Shown piece after piece: positions 38,030-47,895 of a stretch of DNA of 64,000 nucleotides. A model generated the notes under the pieces. The model ran no database searches, was not told where the DNA came from, and saw only the letters and a list, made by a program, of their open reading frames with translations. The position numbers and the translations under genes are program-made. Source of the stretch: Sphyrna mokarran (lineage: Eukaryota); the NCBI GenBank assembly GCA_024679065.1, contig JAGIQG010000019.1:23622001-23686000 (forward strand), written 5' to 3'. The first letter of the stretch is position 1; every line of letters starts with the position of its first letter.

Positions 38030-38737
38030 CGGTGCAGAGGGACTTGGGGCTCCTTGTGCACAAGTCGCAAAAAACCCAGTCTGCAGGTGCAGCAAATGGA
38101 ACGTTGGCCTTTATAGCAAGAGGAATAGAATATAAAAGTAGGGAAGTCTTGCTGCAACTGTACTAGTATTGGTGAGGCTGCAGCTGGAGTACTGTATGCA
38201 GTTTTGGTCGCTGCATTTGCGGAAGGATATATTGGCCTTGGAGGGAACCTTACAGAAGGTTCATTAGGCTGACACTGGAGATGAGGAGGTTAGCACATGA
38301 GGAGAGATTGAATAGACTGGGTCTGTACTCAGAGTTTAGAAGGCTGAGGGGGGATCTTATAGAGACATACAAGATAATGAAGGGGATAGATAGGGTAGAG
38401 GTAGAAAGATTCTTCCCGCTTAGAAAAAATAGTAGAACTAGAGGGCACAGCCTCAAAATAAGGGCGGGGGGTGGGGAGTTTAGATCGGAGTTGAGGAGGA
38501 ACTTCTTCACTCAAAGGGTGATGAGTCTCTGGAATTCTCTGCCTGTTGAAGTGGCGGAGGCTACCTCACTGAAGTTGTTTAAGTCACAGGTAGATAGGTT
38601 TCTGATAGACAAGGGAATTAAGGGTTATGGAGAGAAAGCGGAAAAGTGGAACAGATCCACTTCAGATCAGCCACGATTTTGTTGAATGGCTGGGCAGGCT
38701 CAAAGGAGCTCCTGCTCCTATTTCTTATGTTATGTTT
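38030..38737 (+). mobile_element. CR1/HER1-type LINE 3' fragment
   Basis: QRDLG.LV, LEYCMQFWS, EERLNRLGLYS..RRLRGDLIETYKIM, RTRGHSLKI, RRNFFTQRVMSLWNSLP; tail ttcttatgttatgtt. Confidence 0.92.
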
Positions 38738-38859
38738 GTTTGTTGTCCATCTCTAATTGCCCTTGAACGGAGTGGTTCGCTTCAAAGTCAGCCATATTCT
38801 TGTGGATCTGGAGACACATGTAGACCGGGCCAAGTAAGGACAGATCTCTTTCTCTAAAG

Positions 38860-39271
38860 CACAAACTTTTTATAAGTCATGGCACATGCCTATACTATAA
38901 AAAAATTGAGGTACAATTTTGAGACTTTTCTCTGCCTTAAGTAGGACTTTGTTTTAACCGCTGCGTCTCTCTCTTCTCCCAGGGATTTTGAGCTTTGGTT
39001 GTTTGCAGGCACATGGAACTTCTGCTCCAAGTCCCGTTGATCGTGCGCATGGGCCTAACCAACGTAAAAAAATCTAAACAATGCATATCCAGCTTTCCCA
39101 GCCAGCGTATGCGTAGGTGGTCTTGGAGATGTCAACCACAGAGCTGAATATGAAGATTAGCTTTAGTCTAATTTCATTCATTTTGAATAATTTTGAATGT
39201 TTTTTCACAGCACACTTAAGGGGAGGGGTTCTTCATGGCACACCAGTGTGCCATAAAGATGGGAAGCATTG
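38860..39271. mobile_element. hAT-Charlie-like non-autonomous DNA transposon
   Basis: 8-bp TSD CTCTAAAG (38852-38859) / TTCTAAAG (39272-39279); right end ggcacaccagtgtgcc...tgggaagcattg; left TIR degraded. Confidence 0.7.
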
Positions 39272-40650
39272 TTCTAAAGGACATTAGTGAACCAGATGAG
39301 TTTTTAAAAAAATAATTGACAATGGTTTCATGGTCATCATTAGATTTTTAACTGAACTCAGATTCAGCCAGTGGCCATGGTGGGACTGAAACCCAGGTCC
39401 CCAGAGCAGAACCATAGTATCGATTATTAGTCCTGAGACAACCAATCTTAGTTAAGCCTCCTCAGAACAAAAGAATACGTTTTAAACCTATAATATGGAT
39501 TTGACTGCATCAACGTATACTCAGTAAAATTATCACTACAATGCATACTCTCACTGCACAACCTAATTAAAACTAATTAGATTTTGCGGAACACAAGCAA
39601 AAAAAATAAATTTAAGAAAGAGAGACTAAATTGAATGTTAACATCAAGAACAAATTTAGGAGAGATTTTGGACCTCTCACCGTGCTGGAATAGAACACAG
39701 CTGGAACTAGACTAGTTATTGGGTAGTTAATGTAGGAGCCCCATGACTGTACAATCAAGATCTGCAATATGTCCCAAGAATCTAACATGGAGTGTCCGCC
39801 AAATAGATTTTACAAATTGTGAATTTCTAAACTAGCTTCAGTGTTTTGACATTGTTCTTCAAAATTACTCTTTATAATCACTATCTCTGGGATCAACTTA
39901 GGATATCTATTCCATTGTGCAAGTCTTTTTTTATAAACCTGATATTAGACTTGATACACCAAGAGTATGAAGGAAGATTGCAGATGTAAACAGTATTAAT
40001 TGATCTCAAAGTTTTTGGAAAGCAGAATTGACAATTAAAAAAATGAAAAAAACGTTTGGATTAGTCAGGCACCAACCATGGAGGGAGAAAACAGACTTAA
40101 TAGGTGGAATTGTCCCTTAGCCACAGGAATTGTAGCGGATGGGGACACAGACCATGCAAAGGTCCATTGACCTCAAGTGGGATTTTCCAGTTTTGGGGCG
40201 AGCATGGCCAGAAAATCCCACCCAATGTTTGAAGTTAACAACAAACAAGATGTTAATGACCTTAAATTTTATTCCATATTTCCACACGTTATCTGACCTA
40301 CTAAGCACTGAGCATTTACTGTTTTTGCTTCAGATTTCCAATATCTGCAGTTTTTTTTAAGCATTTAGGAATTAAAATACACAATTAGAATGACAGCAGG
40401 TGGTAATTCTCATTGGCTCAAGGATCTTTGCATGTTCTTGGGGAAAAAATATGAACTGGCAGTCCTTAGGGACTTCTGAGATATCTTTGAAGGTCAAAAG
40501 ACTATCTTTTTAAAAGCAACACTTTCAGGCAATAGTTGCATGTATATATTGTACTGGCATATAAAGGATTGTCCTATATTAATAATATTTAAAACAGCAA
40601 TATTTAAAAGGTTCAAATTACAACAATTCTTAAGATTTCCAGATATTTAC

Positions 40651-41151
40651 CCAAGTCAGGTTTTTTGAGGGGCAACTTTTCACCATCTCCCTCAGAGTCA
40701 CCACACAAGCTACGTGACCTCTTCCTTGGCTGCAACAGTGTCTCTAGTCTGGGAATTACCACGGATAAGAAGGTTTTTGTTCCAAGCTGCCCCTGAAGTG
40801 GTTGAGTGTCTGCATTTTTTGTTTGTTTTTGAGAGTTCGCACTTTGGGGTTTTCGGAAAAGACCAGAGGAATGCCGACCAATATCAACTGACGAATCAGC
40901 TACGGTCATTTTTGAATTACTGACATCATCATTACTCAGGTCATCTGTAGTATGTCCATTCATTGTAACATCGTGCAGGGAAGCACTACTCACTTCACTG
41001 TCAAATTTAACTCTTTTGTGTAGTCTACCCTGATCAGTGCTAGGTTCTATTGGTTTGAGGGTAGGTGGCTCGGATGGAGTTTCTGAAGATGGTAGAAGAG
41101 GCAAAGAATCAGATGGCTCAAGAGTAGGCGGCACTGAAGACTTTGAATCAC
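40651..41151 (-). CDS. BRD1: BRD1 coding exon 7, long form (GDSKSSVPPTLEPSD...LGTKTFLSVVIPRLETLLQPRKRSRS...PDL)
   Basis: tgtttcAG acceptor, G|gtaaat donor, 501 nt, phase 1-1; matches the BRD1-L-specific segment plus the shared PRLETLLQPRKRSRS motif. Confidence 0.93.
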
Positions 41152-41297
41152 CTGAAACAGTACATATAATATTTACAAAAATCTTTAAAATAACAGTACA
41201 AGTAGTTTAACAGTGTTATCACTTCTCTATTGTACAAGGTCTGCCTGCATTTCTTACTGATTTTAGTGGAGCTTTTGCGGAAAGAACAGCTTAGTAG

Positions 41298-41721
41298 GTC
41301 TTATGAGGAAAGGTTGAGGGAGCTGGGACTTTTCTCTTTAGAACGGAGGAAAATAAGGAGGCGACTTAAGAGGTTTATAAGATGATGAGGGATTGATAGA
41401 ATGGATGTGCAGAGACTATTTCCTAGGGTGGATGTAGCTGTTACTAGGGCAGTGGGCATAACTATAAGATTCACAGTGGGAGATACAGGAGGGATGTCTG
41501 AGGTAGATTCTTAACTCGGAGTGGTTGGGACACAGAATGAACTACCTGCTTTTTTGTGGAGTTGGACACTTTAGGAACTTTCAAGCGGTCTTTAGTTAAG
41601 CACATGGAGCACATTAGAAATTATAGGGAATGGAATAGCTTGACCTTGGGATTGTACATAGTTCAGCACAACATTGAGAGCCAAAGGGCCTGTACTGTGC
41701 TGTAATATTTTATGTTCTATG
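41298..41721 (+). mobile_element. CR1/HER1-type LINE 3' fragment
   Basis: SYEERLRELGLFSLERR; tail gggcctgtactgtgctgtaatattttatgttctatg. Confidence 0.88.
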
Positions 41722-42117
41722 CATCAGGCTTTAGTTAAATAGTGTTTGCATATGTAAAACAATACCATTACAAAGTAGTTACATAAAAGGGCATCTCAAG
41801 AGAAACTTATACAGTGCAATTTTATTTTGTATGAATTGATAGTTAATTCACTTCCCAGATTTGAAATGCCTAAACACAACCAAAGTTACACTGCAGAATA
41901 GAATTTGTGTTAACTAGACATAATTATTCTCCACAATTCCTGGGTGCTGATTTCAACTTTGAAGTGACTGATTTTTGTGGAGTTTTTACGCAAAGAACAG
42001 CTTTTCCAATGGTTAATCAGCAATCTTCCTCATCCCATGTAGTAGATGGCTTTAGCAAAAGATTAAAAGGCAACTGCATCAAATGTATTCAAGAATGATA
42101 TGCATTGCATTCCTCAC

Positions 42118-42363
42118 CATCATGTTCTGTTTTTGTCCCATTTTCAACAACACTGCTTTCAGTCTGTAGCTGTTCACTCTGAGCCTTCTGGTGGCTTAAT
42201 CTTAAGCGGATATTATTAATTTCTTTCCGCAATAACTTGGCACGTCTAGATCTGGCACCACAGGATTTCATTGCACATGTCATGTCCAGTTTGTCAAGCA
42301 ACTCCTTGAGTTGCACTTCCAATGACATGTGCTCTCTATTTGCAGGTACTAATATTCTATCCA
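42118..42363 (-). CDS. BRD1: BRD1 coding exon 6 (VDRILVPANREHMSLEVQLKELLDKLDMTCAMKSCGARSRRAKLLRKEI...TEHD)
   Basis: cttgtAG acceptor, G|gtgagg donor, 246 nt, phase 1-1. Confidence 0.93.
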
Positions 42364-42899
42364 CTACAAGGAAACAAATGATCGATTAGCAGACAATTTT
42401 AAATCAAGAGTTAACATTAAAATAATCACAGTAAGAGACAGATATGAGGTAGTTTCCACTCATTTTTGTACCCAGATTCCAGTGCAACTGGTGGAACTAA
42501 CAGAAGACTGAAGGATCCCGAAAAATTGTGAGCTGCGCTCAAACACTAGGGTTCATGTTTTCCACTTTTGTTTAAACTGATTTAAAATCCAGTTTGTCTC
42601 AATTACACCCTAGTCACAAAATAATACATTCACTGCTTCTCAAACTGTCGCAATTAAAATGCTGATTTTGAAAAGCTCTTTAAATTGTACTCCATTTTTC
42701 CTTTAACACACAGTCAACAGTAGGCAAATACTGAAGTCTTTTACATCTTAAAAATATTTATCTCTAAAGCAAACACCAATTAAACCATCAAATAGTACAG
42801 CTACTTTAGGTCATTTGCAGTGCATTTAAGATGGAGAATTGGACATCTTCATTAACAACACCTACTTCAGATCATTTTCTTTTTCATTAATCTTTCCCA

Positions 42900-43100
42900 C
42901 CTATAAAGTTTATTCATTAACCACAAGTAAAATTCCCCTAATCACCACACTCCAGCACTTATTCAGATCAATACACCTAACCAGCACGTCATTCACAACG
43001 TGGGGGGAAAACCAGAGCTTCAAAAGGAAGCCCACGTAGAATTGTGCAAACTCCACAGACAGTGAATCAAGAGTGCTAACCACTGTGCTACCATGCCACT
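42900..43100 (-). mobile_element. Degraded HE1/V-SINE
   Basis: cacctaacc..cac...gggggaaaaccagagc...gtgcaaactccacagacag...gtgctaaccactgtgctaccatgcc. Confidence 0.7.
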
Positions 43101-44299
43101 ATAATACTGCACCAGGTATCACTCTTAAAGGATATCCCTCTCAAAAAGTTCATTTTAATGGTAAAAAGAAACAATTACATTGTATTGCACCGACCAATGG
43201 AAAATGATATATTTGTGATCATGTTTGAAAATTTAAATTGTAATTAAACAACACAATTTCACATGCATATTGAAAATAATTCCCAATTGCAACCAAAGCA
43301 GCAAGTCTACCTCATGAAGTAAACTGAAGGCTGGCATCAATATTAACATCCCAATCTTTTTCATAACTGCAACAAATAGTTACACCAACAAACAGTTTAA
43401 CCTAAATGCGACAATTCTGTAATTCTTGTTCCACATATTTCATTTATGAAAACAGAATAGCAAATGCACATTTTTGGTTTATTTATTGGACATATCAGTA
43501 TTTGGTAATCTTTGAAGTAAAACTATCAGCAAAATGGAAGCCCTCAATATAGAGGAGATTTGACTAGTTGAACAGAGTTACTGTGGATATTTATGTTTTG
43601 AATTTTAAAAAAAGGGCAGAAGAGCAAACTAACATATCCAACTAGAAGCTGTATAGCCAGAACCTTGCTGTATCCTCAATTTATTGAAATAATTCATTGA
43701 CAATGAAACAGTGCAAAAACTAATAATTCAGTCTATCACTTTTGTACTCTTCGTTAAGTTAGGTGCTTAATGAAGTACCCAATTACCAATAATTACTTTT
43801 ATTAGTGTAATAAAATTAAAATCTTCTTCCCTTTGAAAATAAAATTCTAGCGTCTGAAATTTTTGTGGCGTTTTTTCACTAGTGTACTGCAACTTTGCCC
43901 AGAAATACTTAACAGAATTTCTTCAACGTTTCTGAAGTACGTATAACAGATAATAAGTTAACAGATAATAACAGCAAAACCCTTTAGCTAGATCTGTTTC
44001 TAAATTATTAGTCTTGAAATACAATGATGTTACCCAAATTAAAAAATTATATATGAAAAGTAATTATTGCCTACACCAAGGTGACACATGCAAGCTTAGG
44101 GCAAAAAAGGTTCCATTCCATTTGCAGCAGCTTCAAAACTCAGTTCCAGATCACTTATGACACATTTCACACTTCTGAAAGTCTTTTACCTTTAATTATT
44201 ACACACTTTCAATGAAATTTTAGTATTTGTGATTATCGCTGTGATTTCTGTGCTTTAGTTTTGTGCTGTGATTTTACATCATTTGTCAGTAATTGAGCC

Positions 44300-44840
44300 A
44301 TCTCATAAGATAGCATAAGTAACTGGAGCAAAAGTAGCCAGACAGCCCATCAAGCTTGAGTTACCAGTTAATTAGATATGGCGGATCTGATTATGGTCAT
44401 AACGCCATTTTTCTGCCTGCTCATCTTATTGATTAAAAATCTGTCTAACTCAGCATTTAATATATTTAATGACCTACTCCTCTGTGAAAATGAATTCTAG
44501 AAGTTAAAAAAAGAGATAACCCTCCTCATCTCCATTTTAACTGCTTTGAAACTGCCCAAGAGGGAAGCTCCTTTCAGCATTGAACTTTAGAATCTTGTAC
44601 ATTTCAATAAGATCAACTCTCACCTTCTAAGTTCTAATGACTTTGGGCCCAACTACTCAACATTTCCTCATATGAAAACTCCTTCATCCCAAGAATTGGC
44701 CTTAATGTAAGTATACCCCTCCTTAAGCAAGGAGGCAAAAAATTATACAGCACTCAAGTGTAGTCTCACTAATGTTCTGTAGATTTGCAGCAGTGCTGGC
44801 CTACTTTTTACCTCATCCCTCTTGCAATAAAGCTACTATA
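44300..44840 (-). mobile_element. Old CR1 LINE 3' fragment
   Basis: cataag...ggagcaaaagtagcc...tttcaataagatcaactctcaccttctaag...catttcctcatatg. Confidence 0.7.
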
Positions 44841-45859
44841 TCACCCTAACACTGTGTTCCACTTAAAAACCTTAATTCACAGAAATATTTCATTCAATTT
44901 CAGCCAGATCTTAAAGAGGCCCCAGGATTGAAAGGGCATTGGTTGAATTCGATTTGCAATGGCAGGCTTAGGCTGTAACACATTTACAATTGTGATGTTC
45001 AATCCAATCTAGGTATTGACAACTGGTGTTCCAGGTCCAGAGAAGAAACAGATCTACTTCCCAAATTACATTCTAATTGACTTATTCTGGCTCTGGAGTA
45101 ACTGACACTACTTTCCTAGTCATGCTAATCCTGGTTTAAATTCACATGTCAAAATGACATCAAAAAGCCACAACGTTTTAAATGTTTGGTGCCTTTGCTG
45201 CTGTGAGGGGTACAAGCCTTCTGATCCAATTTATGCCCAAAGCATGCCATGGAGATACGGTTAAATTGGGGCATGTGTCTAAATTGGGTACTTCTCTTGG
45301 TTAAGAAACCCTGTCAAACTGAACTTTGGGAGTGTTGCTGCATTCATTCTCAAATACACTCACTAGTCCTTCAAGGCAGCTTTCTGCCCAGAGACTTATG
45401 CAGAAAGTTGTTGAAATGAAGTGCTGTCCTGTCTATCACTGACTGAAATATGAGAAGAGCAACATATCACACTCCAGCTGCTGGGAGAATATCTGCCACC
45501 ACAGTAACTTTGCAAGAATGAAAGTGAACCCTTAAAAGGCATCACTGCTTTATTCTCCACCCACCAACACTGCAGTGAGCTGCCAATAAACAGTTCTCTG
45601 TAGCATTAGCCCTTCAATCATGATTAAAATGAACCGTGGCAACTAATTTGGTCCAGGTCTTTCACAGGCATCATTGAACATTTTTCAGCTGTTACATCTG
45701 TTTTTAGCAAAAGTTGAATTTCACAGCAATTAGGAGCTATTTACCAGAGAAACAAAATGCAAGCAAAAAAATGCTGTTTTCTTGATCACATGAAATTGCA
45801 GAAAAAGCATTATAGCACTGGATCAATGTATTTCTAGAAGCAGAAATAAAAATAAATAC

Positions 45860-46172
45860 CTTCATCCCATGTCAAAGGCTTAGTTGTTTCACACTTCGGT
45901 GGTTCAGGCAAATGCATTGAACTTTCATAGTCAAAACCAATTCGGTCAGCTTCTCGACGTGCCTGTCTTAATATGACACCTCCCTGATCTCTCAGTCGCA
46001 CAGCTGCTCGGTAAAATATAGTATCCTTTGCATTGTATTTCATACAATTATCTACAATGAGGTTAACATCAGCTTCAAACTCATCTAGATTATTATAACC
46101 ATGATCTTCTATCCTTTTTCTCATTGTGGAGAAATCCATAGGATGCGTTATATGATCTAAATAGTCCGGAAC
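45860..46172 (-). CDS. BRD1: BRD1 coding exon 5 (bromodomain core [20 protein letters not shown]...[24 protein letters not shown])
   Basis: ttttcAG acceptor, G|gtattt donor, 313 nt, phase 0 to 1; acetyl-lysine-binding Asn (KYN) intact. Confidence 0.97.
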
Positions 46173-46384
46173 CTGAAAATTGAAAATAGATTTTACTTAA
46201 TGATGAGCTTTCAAGTGCCTTATAAAGAAATGTTTGTTGACTGCAGAACATACCAAAATATTTTGAAGAAATATACATTTCTAGCAACTAAACTAGTTCA
46301 ATAAACAAATTTTAGAAGATGCAAGTGGCGTAAAACTCAATTTGTAGGTATTCTAGAAAGGTAGAACCCACATACCTTCATAAG

Positions 46385-46733
46385 GTCAACTTTCCCCAAG
46401 CCTATCTGGCTGCAGATGGGGGGGTGTGGCAGGGAGAACTTTGCAGACAGGGGCGATCGGCAGGAGGGTTCTGATGTTCAAGGGATGGATAGATGGTGGC
46501 GGCTGCAAATCTCCTAGTTCACTGAAGAGCTGGGTTTCTTGTGTGATAGTACCCCAAGAGCTCAACAGCTGACCCAAGGCTTAGCCCCCGCTGCTGACAA
46601 GAATCATATCCTAGCACAGTTTTTGCACTTAGTGCAGTAAGATCACGATTCACAGCTCCCTGAAAAAACCAGTGCGATTTTCTCACGTTTTCTCACTCGT
46701 TTGGCACTTAAATGTTTTCACAAGATTGTGCCC
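46385..46733. mobile_element. Harbinger-like element arm (homolog of 11760-12070)
   Basis: ctgacaagaatcatatcctagcacagtttttgcacttagtgc...aagattgtgccc|TAA. Confidence 0.6.
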
Positions 46734-47504
46734 TAAAAGTCCAATGTCCTTGAAAGACTCAATTTACTTCATCCCCCCGACCTGGCAAAAAGCAAGTAAT
46801 GATAGAATTTTGACTTTTCTGTTAATGTTTCCTCTTGCTATTTGTAGAGATCACAAAACAAGCTATTATTTCCTTTAAAGATAAATATAATCAAAAACTC
46901 CTAACAGTTTCAACTTGCACCTAAATAGACACAAAGTAGATAGCCTGATCTTGCTATCCAACCAACGACATTGGCAAGAGGCAGAAATCTTTAGGTTTGT
47001 ACTGAAATGCTTTATAATTAGCAAAGTCCTGGTGCAATTTTTTGACAACATACCTGTGCTGTGGGTGGTGAGCACAGGAGTGAAATATTTAAACATGTGT
47101 TCATACTGCATTTATGTGAATGGAGAATAAAGTCGGAATAAAGATGGCAAGGGATCTAAGATTTTCAGAGAGCACCAGGAGGCTGCTGTGGACAGAATCA
47201 GCAGAAGGAATAAAGTTCTGTTTTTTGTTGATGGGAAATTTGCCAAAGCAAATTTCTCAGCAACAGTGACAGAGCTGGTTGAGCATGCGATTGTATATGG
47301 TATCCTGAAACAATATTTGTTATAGGGTTACCAGTTTTTCCTTCCCATCTGAAAGTATAAAGCAATCCATCCCAGAAAATGTGCCGACTTTTATTACTCC
47401 CAAGAAACTGCATTAAAATTAATCTTGAGCAGTTAAATAGAAGTGATTTGATTCTGGCCAAAGCAAACATTGGATTCTTATGTTCAAAAGTGGGAGGTTC
47501 ATAC

Positions 47505-47633
47505 CTCTTTTAAGCTCACAGGCTGTGCAAATATGTGCGCTGTGTCCTTTTCCTGAAGCTGCTCCAAAATTGAGCGCAACATAACAGTTAATGGTGTCAG
47601 CTGGAGCTCCATAGCCACCTGGTGAACTTTGAC
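47505..47633 (-). CDS. BRD1: BRD1 coding exon 4 ([43 protein letters not shown]; start of bromodomain)
   Basis: Not in the ORF track; translated by hand. ttggcAG acceptor, GAG|gtatga donor, 129 nt, phase 0-0; 130-bp intron to exon 3. Confidence 0.96.
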
Positions 47634-47763
47634 CTGCCAACATTTAAATAGATTTAAAATAAATTATCTAAAGCTGTATTAAATCACAGAAGCTAAACTT
47701 GAGTAGCACCCCTTAATTTGAAATTATCCTAGAAATTTTACAAGAATGGACATTGAATAGTAC

Positions 47764-47895
47764 CTGTTCACGTTTTAACTTTTCACGTTTACGAATAAGT
47801 TCAACCAATAAACGTGCTCTTTCTAGGTCATGTCGAAGCCTCTGCCAGTACTTCAGCTGTTCTTTCATGCCATTTTTCTGCTCATCATCTGTTCT
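47764..47895 (-). CDS. BRD1: BRD1 coding exon 3 ([44 protein letters not shown])
   Basis: 132 nt, phase 0-0; donor CAG|gtacta; acceptor ggaaaAG with an upstream pyrimidine tract; hallmark [14 protein letters not shown] motif. Confidence 0.92.

Larger units (their letters stand above)
37995..39440 (-). mobile_element. tRNA-SINE (family of 25042-25418) broken into three pieces by two insertions
   Basis: Pieces at about 37995-38029, 38738-38859 and 39272-39440 join into the reverse complement of the 25042-25418 SINE. Confidence 0.75.

Noticed and set aside
38281-38685. 134-aa and similar ORFs (59377-59766, 59946-60164) as host genes
   Set aside because: They are C-terminal fragments of CR1 ORF2, 5'-truncated and antisense within BRD1 introns.
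40613-41134. ORF-track starts and stops for BRD1 pieces as independent proteins
   Set aside because: They are internal exons; the ORF ends run into intron sequence past clear GT donors.
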